A stretch of 56,726 bases of DNA, filler included, from Platydemus manokwari (taxonomy: Eukaryota), in NCBI GenBank assembly GCA_037951405.1. It is 5 parts of 5 records of this genome, joined end to end, with 100 filler letters (N's around TTAATTAATTAA, not from the genome) between each part and the next. Parts side by side here need not be neighbours in the genome. Positions count along the whole stretch, not along the records: positions 11,285 to 20,431 come from JBBMOY011292206.1; positions 20,532 to 33,410 come from JBBMOY011930272.1; 3 more parts are not named here. One strand, written 5' to 3'. The notes beneath the pieces are model-generated. The model was not told the origin of the DNA. It made no database searches and saw nothing but the letters and a program-made list of their open reading frames with translations. Positions 11,474 through 26,500 of this stretch are shown piece by piece; the stretch's first letter is position 1; each line of letters begins with the position of its first letter. The translations under genes and the position numbers were made by a program.

Positions 11474-14400
11474 AATGATTGTCAATGGTTACATTGGTGA
11501 ACTCTCTGAACTCTTATAGCTATTGATCATCACAAATAAAAAAAGTACAAAATAATTATTCAAAATGTTTATTCTCATCCAATATTTTAATTCTTCATCA
11601 AAAGGAGAAATTTTTGTTCATAGTTCTTTGACGTTTTATCAAAATCCTCTGAAATATTTACATCTTTTAACCAAAAAATGAGTAGCAAACAAGCACCATG
11701 GTGATGAGGAATCCTTTAATAATAAATTCCAAATTCTTTATAATCGTAAAATCAAAATTTGAAGCTCTAATTGCATACTTAGGTCTGCAGTTGTTCGTTT
11801 ATGTGCAACATAGAATACAAGTAAAATATACAGAGACAGATAACAAGCTCGTAATTGATATGTTGCATGCACCATATTTTCAATCCGGTCTGTAGTTTGA
11901 ATAAATTCAAAATCCTAATTATATATTCCTTGAACAATAATGAACCAATTATAAAATTTTATCATAATCTATGAGATCCAATTATAAATGACTGAAACTT
12001 AGTCAAAAAATTGAGTTTTATTTTATTGAAAAAGTTTCAATGTGGTTACCGAAAAATAATGAAAACTGATGTGCAACATGTCAGTTCAATTTCGATCTTA
12101 TTCAGTCACAAAATAGCCATGTATAACTCATGGTTGTTATGGGAATATATAGGAATAACCTCGGATAAATTGTGTATCAATAAAAATTCCAAGTTGACGT
12201 TTATCAGCATTGAGAAGGAGATAATTTTTTATGATATTTTGTATTGAATGAAAATTTTAAAGCTCTTTTTCAACAATAGTTTTATTTCCAGACATATCAG
12301 AATATCTAGCAGTTTCATCCATATTTCCAATGTCCTGTATTGAGTTCTATTATTTTTATACCCGATCGACTTCATATATAGATTTACTATAATTAGTTAC
12401 TTTCTATCCTAACGAATCAAAACATTCAACCAATTATAAACATTTCATTCACATTTACCACATTTATATCAGAAAATTACATATTTATGTAGCTTTATTA
12501 GAATTTCTTGTGATGGTTGTTAGATTTTGGGTTGTTATCCGGATCGACTTGTTGGTCTGACTTTAGATGTTGGTTGTGTTCATATTGTAGAAAATGATGT
12601 CAAAATCGATATAATACAAAAAAATAAATAATGATAAGGATGTGACCCTGAACAGATATAATTAACAATAACAGATAATAATGAACCAAACAAAAACGAC
12701 TCGGTCATTCTTTCAGTTTCCAATCCTATATGAATAACAGAACCGGTGAAGTGGTGTCTCACTCAACCAGTACAGAAAAGATTGGCAATACGGTAGCTAA
12801 ACCTATATAAAAGAAGTAAGAAAACGAAAGTTACACTTAGAATGAAAAGTATTTGATTGTATAAGCGTAAAAATATGTTACTTGAGAAGTTTTCTTGTAG
12901 AAATTTTCCGCCAAATTCACTGTTAAAAATTATGGTCTTGAATTTGGGGACTGTCAAAATATGGCTGACGAGAATTGTAACCAATCAAAATCTTGTCTGG
13001 AAATTGTCGACAGTAATTCTGGTTATTATAAATCGTCACTGGTCAAATTCTGGTTGTCAAAAATAGTGTATTTCTTACAGATTATGTTCGATACTTATAG
13101 TTTTTCTACTTGGTTACTATGTGTTAGTAACAATTACTCCCTCATTTAATTTATGATTACGTCCACAATTTTTTTATGTGCTTGGTAATGCTTCCTAAAA
13201 CCACGAAAGTAGGATAATGGATTGAAGAACAATCAATTCAAGTTGATTTACTCAGACATTGAAATCTAATCTAGACTAATATCCCATTAATTACACTATG
13301 CTACTTTCAAGATACTATCACATCAGTGAAATGTTGAGAATTATTAGAATCATTCGTAAAGAAATCTAGTAGAATATAATTCTAAACAACAGATTGTTTA
13401 AAGGCATTAAAATATTTCCAATTAAGATTTCCAATACAGCACATCGTGATCAGAAATATAAATTTTAATGTATATAGCGATTTATTAAAATGATTTAAAA
13501 CTATTCATTCCTTCACACAAATATTCCTCACGATATTGTTCTCAAAATAACCGCTAATGGAATCTGTAACAAATATCGTTCAATTATAAAATCGAAACAA
13601 TTATCGAGGATTCTTACTAATTTTGGTGAGAAATGGACCAATTATGATTTCTTTTAGTTTATCTTTTCAATTGAATTGTTTCAATTATTTGGATTTAATT
13701 ATTCTATATTTTTATCTTTTTGTTTTCTATTCAAAGGATTTTGCTTATTTCGAAAATTACCGCTTCATTGTTTTGCACAATTTTTTGTGATTTAATTATT
13801 TTAATAATAATGTGTTCTGTTTGTATTTTTGAGTTTTCAATACGAATTACTTCATTTTTTATGTTTCTCAGGCTTGTTCATGTTTCTGTCAGCTAAATTT
13901 GAAGGTCGACAACTTTTTTCATTCACTTCTATTAGTAAATTAATATTTTAAAGACATTATTTTTTAATTGGTTCAATTTATTAATCACGATTTTATTGCC
14001 AGGGAATTTGAGATGATAGTAATTATATATTTTCGTACACAACATATTTACATCATAATATTTTGTAAAAAACCGGTATTCAATATAAAACTAACAGTTT
14101 TAAAGGTCACCATGAGGGTGGTGAATTTACTTGTCAGTAACACAACACATTTATCCAAGACAACTCGAGCCCTAGTAATAATTATGCATTCCGATTCCTT
14201 GATTAATACCAACACTAGAACACAAAATGTGGTTCTGCTGTGTCATTTATTAATTTATAAAGAATACCATCATAGTGATACTTTTATAACATACTAATAT
14301 TTATTCATAAACATTGATAATTTCCTTTGTTTCCTTCGATCGCTCCATGGATCACAGTTCACTAGGTCAACCATACGATTGTTTCAATAATTCAATCAAT

Positions 14401-15935
14401 TCTGTCTTCGTCTTCCACTTGCTTTTTTCTGAGATATATTATTAACATATTTTAAGGCTATCTTTAATTCTGTCCTTCCCCACGTCTGGAATTTCGATTG
14501 TATTCGACTCCATTTTATATTCGATTTTATGCAGACAAAAGCTATTTGTTTTAAAATTTTCATATCCATCCTTAATTTCTTAGAGGCTGTGTCATTGATC
14601 GATGTTCACTAAGTTCTGAGAACCCTTGCAATTTGAACTGGAATTTCTGAGGTCTGAGTATTTTTGAATATTCTTTTACGTTGTTTAGGGTGTTAGTGTT
14701 GGTTCGTCTATGATGGATTTTACATCCACTACTTACTATTTGGTACGATTCATAGAGTTTAGAGAGTGTAAATGAGGGATTCTCGTGTAATTTTAATCAT
14801 GTGTGCACAAATAATTGATTGATTGGTTGTTTTATTATGTGTGTATATGTAGATCCAAAATCCTGACAAAATCATTTCATGAACCTTCAAATTACTAGGT
14901 ACATCAACAAAATCAGAGGGGTTCAAATTAACAGAAGCAAAGAACATAAAAATGCATCAATCACATTAGAGGTAGAATAAAACCTTCCATACCAATTCTG
15001 TGAACAAAGGACTAAGAAATAGAAATCAAAAATCCTAGACACTAAATTGACACACAAATCTTACCATATTAATTGATATCTGTGTGTGTCTATGTGTCCG
15101 TGTAGATACTACAACTTTTTTTTCATAACAAAATAATCTGTTAAGTTTTTTAGAAAAACCATTCTGTAAATTGGCAACGGGATAAAATAGAAAATTCAGA
15201 TAAAGAGTTTGGAATCATCATTGATATATTTGATCATGAGTTTGTGTTGCAACTGAATTTTTTGACTGAAAATGATTATATTATCGATGTCGATGACGAC
15301 ACTTCTGTCTCGATAATTCCAGATTCGTTCTGAATGAAGAAAAGTCAATATAAAGTCAGCTTTAAAATTAAAAACAAAATTCCATTTAAGAAGTTATGGA
15401 GATAGAGATTATTAAGTACGTTTGTTGGTGCTTTTGAAATAAGGATGATGATAATGGTTAAGTTTTCCATGTCTTACAACTCAATACACTTATTTCCGAA
15501 ATAAAAATTGTAAACATAAATTTCCCGAGGAGAATCTTTGATAATTTTTGTAGAATCGTTAATTCTAATATCTAATTAAAAATACTTTTAATGGCCCATT
15601 TGCTTCTTCTTATTTGCTTCGAAAGAAATTTATTTTTAAATAAAATATTATTCTGGAAAAAAAGTTCTTTCAATAATTACGTTCTAGTATTAAATTCTAA
15701 TATTTAAATTATTTAGAAAAACATAAATAATGTAATTTATTTTATAATAATTAATTCGACATTATATTATTTGAAACCGGGACAAATCCCGTTTGTTGAA
15801 AGCAATAATTAGAGAATTTTCTAATGAAACCCATCTATAAATCACAATTATTCCATGTCGCAATATCGAACAGAAAAATTCTGTATTTAATAGTAAAAGC
15901 CATAAATTTTACCGCGTAAATCAATTTGATATGAG

Positions 15936-15955
15936 ATATATATATATATATATAT
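15936..15955. repeat. (AT)n microsatellite
   Basis: Directly visible dinucleotide run. Confidence 0.85.
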
Positions 15956-18900
15956 TTGCATTTTCCCCTCGATCGGTATATATTCGTCTATTTCGTTCTT
16001 GTTGTTTTCCAGGATATCAAAATCATTAACTGATAGCGATAATCAAAACCATGTGAATGACCTCACCATTTTTTATGGATTATACCTGGTTAATGCGATC
16101 TCCGAAGCAAGAATCGAATAAAATGTCAAATTAACCAAGTAATTGAGGAATGTAGTAATTTCTCTCCACAATACCAACGGTAAATCTTCCCGCTAACGAT
16201 TGACTAGCTATCTATTTTTATCAACTGGTGGTTATTATGACACAAAAAGTGAAACACCAAACAATACTCAAGAAACACTCTGAAAAGTAGACGCTTCTAT
16301 AGGGTTAATTGAAGCCCATTGTTGCGTATTTCGAATTATTAATGTTCAATAGCTACAGGAGGAAACCACAAAAACTAAACACACAACAACATTGAATTGA
16401 AAAGTGACAGGAGGATAAAAAAAATAATGTTACAAAATGATAGATCACCCGTTTAGAGAAATGAATGACAATTCATCAATATTAAATTAATTTGTCGAAA
16501 AATAATTCGTTTGTTGACTCTATTATGACGAGGATAAGTTCACAATACAAGTTCAACACCGTCAGACTAGACAAGTGAAATTTTTAGCAGAGTGGCAAAA
16601 TATTCTGTAATTATATTTCGTTAAATTTTCTGTGTTTATTTTTGTACTTTATTTTTCAAGTGTTTGGTAAATGAGCAATGCGAATGATATTAGAATTGGA
16701 TTTAGGAATAAGTAGTAAACTATATCATTTGCAATGTCATTATAGATGTATATGCCGTCTTCGTTCATGTGTTAAACTGAGACTCGTAAGAAAAACAAGA
16801 TAAATATTTTATATCATTAATGTGTGTTCTTGTACGGATGATGAGTTATTAAAAACCCGCTTGATATCATTAAATATTGGCTGATTTATGTCTACAACAT
16901 TTTCAAAAATTATGTCCTTTGTAGTTAAAATTTTCAAGCTTTATGCGACGAAGGAATTTTGCAAATATATGCGAAACAGAACACATATGAAAATCTGATA
17001 GAATCCATCGAGCTTAGTAAAACTTGTTAAAATGAATATCTGTTGTTGAGAGTAAGATTCATCGGCATCGTAGATTGCAGAAGTTCGACTATGTTTTCTA
17101 TTTACAAAGAGTGAAAACCATTAAGATTTTCTTTATGTGATCAGAAGTGTCACCAGAAACAAAAAAATAAAATAATATCACTATTAATTGGGTCTCAAGT
17201 AAAAAAAATATAGGTCCTAAAATAAAATTTTAAATTTGTCTAATGTGTTATAAAAAATTATATAATTTATTTAAATAAATTCTTTAAAAACATTTTGAAA
17301 TTTTTATATAAGTTCTTAAGAAGAATTTTAGTTGTTTGATATCAAATATTAAATAAACTACAGCTTCGAAATCTCCTAAAATTTGATCCAAGTCAAAGTA
17401 GGTCGAATTGCAATTCATTGGAAATTAGCGAGAATCCTCTTTTTAAAAATTGTAATCAAAATGGGAGATGTTTTAAATTTTTACAATTATTTTATAAAAA
17501 TAAACAATGATATTATTAAACATATCTGTAATTAAATAACTCGATTTATAATTATAAAAATTTAATTTAAAAAATCAAAAATCATATAAAAGGGTTGTAA
17601 TTAGATTAGAAACTTTTTTTACCATTCTGTTTAGTTCCTATTCGACATCATAAAATATTAGATATCAACAAATGAGTCAACTTTCATAAAACAATTTATA
17701 AAAAATCAAAAATTAAACAAAATATTTAAAAATTTACTTTTATATAAAAATTTATTATTTCTTGATGTCTTCTCCTTTTTATTTAAATGTCGAGGTTTGA
17801 TAATCTTTGAGGAAAACATTGGAAGATAAATATAAAAATGAAAGTATTACTTAATATTTTAAACATTGAACCGACACCAAATTGTGATTTTGTTTTTTCT
17901 GATAGAATTTGACTGTATTTATTTATTTTCATTTAAAAGTAAATAATGTACGAAAAATCATTACATTAAAATAGGTCAAAGAATCCTTTGTTTAATTTAA
18001 GTCTAAATATTTAAAAGTGATTTAAAATTTAGGAATACTCGAGCACTTATATGTGTTCATTTACAGCATTTAATTTATTGGAAAAGAAGAACGTTATGAT
18101 CGATTAATTTATAAAATTTCAAAAAAGTTAATGATAACCATCAATATCAATAAATATATCGCAGCTTCAAACATTTGTTGAAAAATTTTTCGTTTATATT
18201 AACAGTTTGAAAACAACCAATGGATATTATAGATAATATCAAGATATGGTCTCAAAATGAATCGATTTTTTCGATTGTCGGTAAATATAAACTTTTACGA
18301 AATGCTTGATTTTCGAAACAATGTTTGAAAAAAATAATTGTGTACCGATTATCTCTTTATTTGTCGATTCTTAAATTTAGAAATTTCTTTTGGATCATAA
18401 TTTTCTTTTATAATTATATGATAAATAAGTAAACAACAGTGGATGTTTGCAGGCATTGGGTGATTTTTTAATTGAAGTAACAATATTTGACCATATATAG
18501 GGGAACGAGAATGAAAGACAAAATCACGCGTTTATTCGACTTATAATACCAGGAAATTGTTACAAAAGTCAATCAATCAAACCACTGGCTGTTTGGCAGA
18601 ATCTTGTTACTGCAACAGTCGTGATCGGAAAGAAAGGAAAATTCCCACTTCATCTATTGATCAATATATCATGACTCTTAATGGTTTTAAGTCGTTAAGA
18701 AATTTCTGTAGCTCGAATTATTTGCCTGCTGTATTATATCTTAATTTTATTATCTTTATCGCACTTTATCATGAGGTGGAGTTTCATATTTATTTCTATG
18801 CTAACGTCTCAATCTAGCATTGGCACATCTGAGGCTCTTGTACAAGTTATTGAAGAGGCCACACACCACGGTATCTCTTTACAAATTTCTTCATAAAGAT

Positions 18901-19203
18901 GATCTAAAGAAATAAACATATATATATTGCAAGATAAAGGAAATTATTTCGTGAACTGATAGGGTCCGAAATGAAATGAGCTTCAATTTATAAAAATTTG
19001 AAACTTCAATTAGGATTTTAAGAAGTTTTGTTTATTATTAATCAGCAGAAAAGTTGTCTCTTGGCTCTTTACCTATAGGTGTGAACCTCTAATATTTCTC
19101 CAACAAATACAAAGGTTCACATTGATCTTTACGATTGAGAACCAATGCCATAGAATAAAATAGATATTTAATTGATAAATAAGCTTGTAAAAGAGGTTCC
19201 CCT

Positions 19204-19219
19204 CACACACACACACACA
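19204..19219. repeat. (CA)n microsatellite
   Basis: Directly visible dinucleotide run. Confidence 0.85.
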
Positions 19220-19399
19220 TCCTGAATTGTTTCTTATCTAATATCTTATCTAATAATTAATAATCTTTCTCATCTCATTTAAAACCTGTAATATAAATAA
19301 AATCTTTTGATAATCGCCGTCAGATAATTTTTATTTCTGAACTAGTCATTCGTTGTTTGTTCAAACTCGAATTTATTTCGCATGAATTAATGAACGAAA

Positions 19400-19960
19400 T
19401 CCATGTAAGCAATCTTATAAGCACTGATGCAATCAGAGAGATATAAAATGGATCCCAATTATTGCCGGTGAGAAATATGGAATATTCTATTTCAGAAATA
19501 TTTCATGACTAATTGTAGAACGTCACATAGGGCTACTGATTATTGAGGAGAAGGAGGAAATTTATCGTTGATGGTTTATGGCTTTATTAATAAGATGGTG
19601 ATTCGTGACAAATGGGAAATTAATCATTGGTCGATTGTTTTTATTATAGAAAATATGGAATGTCTTAAATAATTAGTTGAAAATGGGTAAAAAATTATTT
19701 ATCACACGATTGATTCAATCACGACTTCGAAAAATCGAAATTCCAACCATTAAATATTAGCCTAAGCTCATACTTGAATGAGTGAGGAAATATAAAATGT
19801 TGGAATTATTTTTAGATTAGAATATCTAGACGCTATACTATTAATCAACAAAACAATTTGGCAGAGAATCAATTTTATCAATGTCGAATATGAATCCATG
19901 AAGTCAATTAAATGAGATTCCATGTAGTGCACAGAAGGTGGAAAATGTGTTAGATGGTAT
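19400..19960 (+). pseudogene. Tc1/Tc3-like transposase relic
   Basis: GEGGNLSLMVYGF (cf. GGGSVMVWGAF), LRKIEIPTIKY*P (cf. LxxxxIxxLxWP) and terminal CTEGGKCVRW (cf. VIxxxGGxTxY) occur in order, with many stops. Confidence 0.35.
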
Positions 19961-20431
19961 CTAAAAATAGTTGGTATTAAAAACTATTTTAAACGACATC
20001 GTTAAAACAAAATTCAGATAGGAAAATGCCCAATACGAGACTTGATATTACCTTAGATGTTCTAATTAATTATTAACGAAATTATCGATTTATATTTGAT
20101 TGAGAAAAATTGTGCGGCTCTTAGAGTTGAATCGAAAAATCTGAATTAATAAATTTGCGAAAAAATTATATTTATATTAAAATTATCAATGATAAAAAAT
20201 ATTTTTATAAATTGGTCAAATATATTTTTGTAGACAGAACTTTTGAAATTCACTTAAAATTTTATAAAATAATAGTAGTTCACGTGATGACCATGTATTT
20301 GGATTCGATCCTTAGAAGATCAATATAAATAATATAGAAGAGTAGAAATTCAACAATGAGCCCTCAATTACAGAAAGAAAATTTTGCAGAGTTCGTCCGG
20401 ACTCCTAGTGAATGGACTTTAGCTAGACATT

Positions 20432-20531
20432 NNNNNNNNNNNNNNNNNNNNNNNNNNNNNNNNNNNNNNNNNNNNTTAATTAATTAANNNNNNNNNNNNN
20501 NNNNNNNNNNNNNNNNNNNNNNNNNNNNNNN
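20432..20531. other. Artificial scaffold spacer N44-TTAATTAATTAA-N44
   Basis: Same 100-bp construct as at 11185. Confidence 0.97.
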
Positions 20532-23500
20532 ATAAGTAGAACATAATCCTCATTTTATTATTTATTTAATATTTATATTTTTCCTATTTATTGTTGTGGA
20601 TAGGTAATTTTAAATGTTTTACTGAATTCTTAAACTGAGAAGCAAAGCCAGGAAATTAAACAAAACAAATTGTGAAAGTAGCTTTGATTTATTTAAGGTT
20701 TCAGGTATTTAAATAAGGATCCGAAATATTATCATAGATTTTTACTTTTACTAATTATTTTTACTTGTTACTTTTACTACCATATAACAATCGACTATAA
20801 AACCTAAAATAATATCGCTCTAGATATCAGAACCAGGTGCTTATTTTTAATTACCGATAACTTCAGCTAAGCTGGTTCGATTATAAATAAGGTTTAAGTT
20901 TATAATAAATAAAAAATAAAAAGTGAAATGTATTTTATAAATCGAAACTCTTCGACGAAAAAAATAATTTACTAAGACAATTTAAAAGACAAGCTCACTT
21001 AAGACTGCAATACAGATATCATTACACACAAAATGTAACATAACCAAGAACAATATTGTTATTGCACATTTACACAAAAATGATCAGTTTTATATGTCCA
21101 TAGATATCATAATATTTCACCGCTTTAAGAAAAAGTCATGATGTATTACTGGAAATTGTCAATTAAATCCAAACGAGTAACAAATTTTAATTGCAATATA
21201 ATTTAAAATATTTTAGTTACCTTACTTTCACAACTGAAATAAAGTTAAATTAAAAGTTTTATTTATATAATTATTTAAATAATATTATATAGGCCATACA
21301 TTTCAAATTTTTAAGTTTGTGGCCATTATAATAAAATATAAATTTTCTTATAACTAATTTAAATAACTTTTACGAATATCATGTTTCAGAATGATTATTT
21401 AGCAAAGTTCTTTTCTGGTATACTGTCAAATCAATTTAGAATCAATAAAAATATGATTTTATGTACTAAGGTAAACACTCGATTTCCTGAAGAGACATTA
21501 TTAATTTTTGAATCCGATCCAAATAGATTTACTTTTCAGTAGTGGATAAAAATAATGTGGTGTAAGTTAATTCGCCCTGAAACCAAAATTCAATTTTATA
21601 ATCTCTTAAAGACTGCATGGCAAGTTTCGCAATTTTACCACACATTAGAATTAAAGGTCTCTAATAATTGAATTGAACTACACTAATACTATTCAAAACT
21701 ATAAAGAACCAGTTATATATTGTGATATGATTTACTTTAGAAAGTTCCTCGTCGTTATTTGACCCTTATATTAATAAAAAAATTAATTCCTTGTTTGAAA
21801 ATCGAATTTTCATAAAATGCTTGTAGTTTTTATTGAAAAATTTTTGGTTCAATTTTTATCTGATAGCGTGTAAATGTTTTTACGTAACAAATATACGAAA
21901 ATCACATTATAATTATTAATGGATTAACAAAACTGTTTATACCCATACCCCTTATCACCATATTTATTAAAATCATGAACACAAATAATCCCACGAAAAG
22001 TCAAAATTATTCGTAGTGAAGTCATACCTAATCTTTAATAAGAATATTTGTTTAAAAAGACTGATCATATGTTATAAGAAAGATTTAATTATTTATTTTA
22101 AATTTTTTTAATTTATTATTTTAATAAATTATAATAAAGAAAATTTAATAAAGAAAACGAAAATACATCCAATTTGGAAAGATAATAAATATTCAAAGAT
22201 AAATTTTTGAATTTTGAACAAATCTAATTTTTAAGTCGTAAGTTTGAAGATACCAAAACTAGAACGAGTAAACTAATTTCTATGAATATTGCAATATCAT
22301 AAATCGTGAATACTATTATTTTATCATAAAATTAATTTTGAATTAATTGAAGAAATTCAAAAAATCATTCATAAATCTTGAGTAATTTAGTAGAAAATAA
22401 CGTTCCTTGCAATATATTTCGAAGAAAGAAAACCATGAGGAATTTTCAAAATATATTGAAGCTGAGATATATTATTGTGAATTTGAATTATTTTATCGAT
22501 TGTTTTTTGAAAATCCCCAAAACATATTTGAAGTGCAATTTAAAGTTGGTAAATAAAACAAGTGACAACTGAATAACATCAGAAATGTTTTAATTAAAAA
22601 TACAAACAAGAATAATATCAATTAAAAAACTGATTCTACAACGAGAAAAGTTGTAACAAGATTTATAGGGATAATTTATTAAGAATTGAGATTTTGCAAT
22701 ACAAACACTTCAACTATAGTAATAATTTGCTACATAGATAATAGATGATTTAGTTCAGCAACTTTCTATCTATATATCCTACAAGGCATTACAATCATCA
22801 ATAAAAATTAAACGAAAAACTCTCAATTTACTAGTTTTATTTCTGACAATCGTCCAATGATTTATTAAAAAAATGACATCAATGGGTCTATCATATTCCA
22901 CTTAAACGGAAATTTCTAGTTTCAATATTTTGCATTTATTGGATAAAATAAAATTGCCACTATAGGTTTCCCAAATTATTCTGACAGTTTCAACAATTGT
23001 TGTATAAATACTTTAGAACATCAGAACATTAAACTAATTTATGCGATCATTGTGATCATAACGTTTAATGATCCATCAGTGCTTAGTTTTAGTAACTCGA
23101 CTTAACTTCATGAAAATAATTATGTTTAGTTAAAAAATAAGTATCTATTAAAAATGGCAAGATAAAGAAATACATTTTAATTATTTTAAGAATTATACTG
23201 AAATTAATAAGAACACTTATTGATTTCTAATTTATAAAAATTGTTTTAACCTAAAAAGTAATAATGATAGATTCAAGCATTAGACTGCCATCGTACGAAT
23301 TCGAAAACAAATATTTTTTTAAAGTAATTTTAATATGCTGATTAAAATATGTTGAAGATATGCGTTATAAAAAAATCACTTAGTGTTGTAAGAAGCCTGT
23401 ATAGCCTATCACAAACTTCATAAAATAAAGCACCCAATAAATCCATCAATTCCGAAGCTCCTAAATACAGGAATCATTTTCAAAAAAACATTGCGTTGCA

Positions 23501-26500
23501 TTATAACATTTGATTAAATTAATAAAACATTTTATATCATGATTCTGAAAACATTTATTATGACAACTAATATTTTGTTATTTAAATATTATAATTATAT
23601 TTCCTTGTTACTATATTTCCATATTAAATGAAGTGTTGTTGGTATTTATCTCTGACTCTGATTTTATGATAAAATCTAAATGATTGCAGCTCTGGATGAT
23701 GATTAAACATTATGAAGATGTAAGTTGATTAAAATATGCTAAAATTAAATAAGAATAAAAATAATAAGAAATAAATAGAGGGTGGTATAAGAAAATAATT
23801 ACACATATATACAAAGGTTGTTGTGGTATGAACCACTTTTAAAATTCTAAGGGAAGTCTTTTAATCAAATTTAGAATTATTATATCAGCACAACACTTTC
23901 AATACTTGACTAATTTGAAGATTAATTTTCTTTATTGTAACCGTTATTATTAATTGTAAAATTTATAAATAATATCATTTCTGTTATAAATATTAATTAC
24001 TTATTTTTTTGGTATCTGTTCTTTGTCCTATTTTTCAGATTATTATTCAGCAATATACTTCAGTGTTGAGCTGAGCATTCTGCAAAATTTTGTTTAGTAT
24101 AATTATTATATTTTTATCCTTCTTAAACAAAGTATTATTATAGAGATTCTTGCATTATAATTTAAATAAATTTTACATTTTGATTATCGCAGAATATTAC
24201 ACATAGATGCTGTTTACAGGTTATGTTAAAATTTAGTAGCAATCAATCGCACTACGCCTTATGATTGAATTTAGCTTTGAAAAATCCTCCTCAGATTTTT
24301 CAGCGATTCCAATAGATTGTCATCAAACACTATAGAACCCCGTTAGGATCCATAAAATAAAATAACGAAAACTTAAATTAGTTTAACATAATTAAATGTT
24401 AAGAATTCGCTGAAAAAATTATTTAGAATAATTAAAATTTTAAACTTAATTATATATTTCTTATTTTTGAGTTTATATGTAAGACCACAAAATTGACATA
24501 TTTATGTTCTTCAAAAATGCATCTTTTGAGATAACTGTTTGTCATTAATTAAATTTGTTCCAAGGTTATATTCAGACTAATTGCACTTGGAGTTCAATTA
24601 TCAAATTTAAAGTCAAAAGGAACCTTTAGATAATTAATTATCGATAATATTGTTCTCAATACTAACTATCAAAGCTCTTTAAGAACCAAAAAGAAAATTA
24701 AACCGAAAGATATTTAATGGATATGTACAATAAAAGACCCAACGAGATAACTATTAATGGGCTAAGTGCGAACATCATTAAACTCAGAAACAAATATGGA
24801 AAAATTAACAAACCGAAATACCGATTACAAAAATCCAAAGGCTAATCCTGAATACTGATTCTTTAAATTGTGAATATCAATATCTTATTGATTTTTTGAG
24901 AATATCTACATATTTATTCTATTATTTTTATATGAATATGCATCACTATATCTTATTTATCGACGTAGTAATACTCGCATTATTGATTTGATTTTATTCT
25001 TGAATAAACAGCGAGAATAAATATATTTGATAAATATTTTAATTTTAAAAAAACATACGATATAATACGGTATAAAACATGTATTAACAAAAAATTGTTA
25101 ATCATAAAATATAAGCATTACATATTCCTAACAATTACATATCTAACACATTTCAATTATATAGAATAGGTAATCACTTCACACTTTCAGTTAAATGACA
25201 AATAACGCTTACACTGATAAACGAATTTAAATAATACATTAAAAAGTCAGACTGAAAATAAGAACGAAATTCAAATAAAACGAAGACTGTTTTGCTAGAA
25301 CTTAACATTTTAAAATTTATATTAGAAAAATATGTTAAAAAGAAAAATAAACTTCTTCCAAGAATCTATTTTGGAAATATGATTTGATCATTTCCAAATC
25401 ATATATAACCGATATTTCTAAGCATCACATAAAATCTAATATCGAACTAAGCTTTGACCAATAAAGATTTTATCAATATATGCAAACAAAACCAAACATA
25501 ATCTGGAATTGTTAAACTTTTACTATACTTAATTTGAAAATGATTGATGCATTTTAAATTAGAATATAGGAAACTGATATCTAAAATTAATCAAGGATAT
25601 TATATGTGAAAAAATGTAGGTGATTGACTATACCTTATATTGAGAATGAATTTTATTCTCATTAGTATAACAGAAACCACCTTTATTCTATGATTAAACA
25701 TCGTTAATTGCTGAGAATGATACGATGCATAATTACAAAAAACGAATAGAACTTTGTTTTAAGTTAATTTTGGAATATTAAAATTTAATATCGCTTTAGT
25801 GAAACAGGACCTCGAATAACATAAAATTATTTTATTGTGTATTAACAAGAAGTGTTACTTTCACATTCAATGACTAAATAATTACGCTCTTTATTATTTC
25901 AATTGATTACCGGGAATAAGAAATCTGGTTTCAAATATTTTCGAATTTTTCAATCTATATGTGTGTTTATGTGCCTATATCCCCTTTTCAAATTATCATT
26001 TTCCATTTAAATTAATTGGCATGCTTATACGGTTATATAAGCATTTCAATCCTTAAAATGGTTAAATAAGTATTTCCGGATATAAAATACTTTTACTTTT
26101 TCAAGATTTCGTCTATTCTCAACATATTTCCATCCTCATGAAGAATTAATTGAATCGAATCAAAGTGCTGAAAGATTATATATCATCGTGAGCATCACGA
26201 TCACGTACAGTAGCCATTGCAGTTCCAACATATATTGCACCATCTTAATAGTAACTAAACTTCTAATATCATTTAAGTCAGGTACAAGACCAGCTTTCTG
26301 CTGTTGAGACCTTTTAGACGAATAATTAAATTATCAGTAATTTGGTTATCATACCGGTTAGTGAAGCCCCTACGAACCAAACAATAAGTTAAATTCACCC
26401 ACAACTACGATATTATTTAATAGGTGTAAATAATGATATAGGTGAAGATTTAGAAAATTTTAATAGCCACCCAAGTTCACGATAATTATTTAATGTCTAA

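Noticed and set aside
20290-20320. GGATTCGATCC B-box-like motif (also GGTTCGA near 20874)
   Set aside because: No tRNA cloverleaf or A-box could be built.
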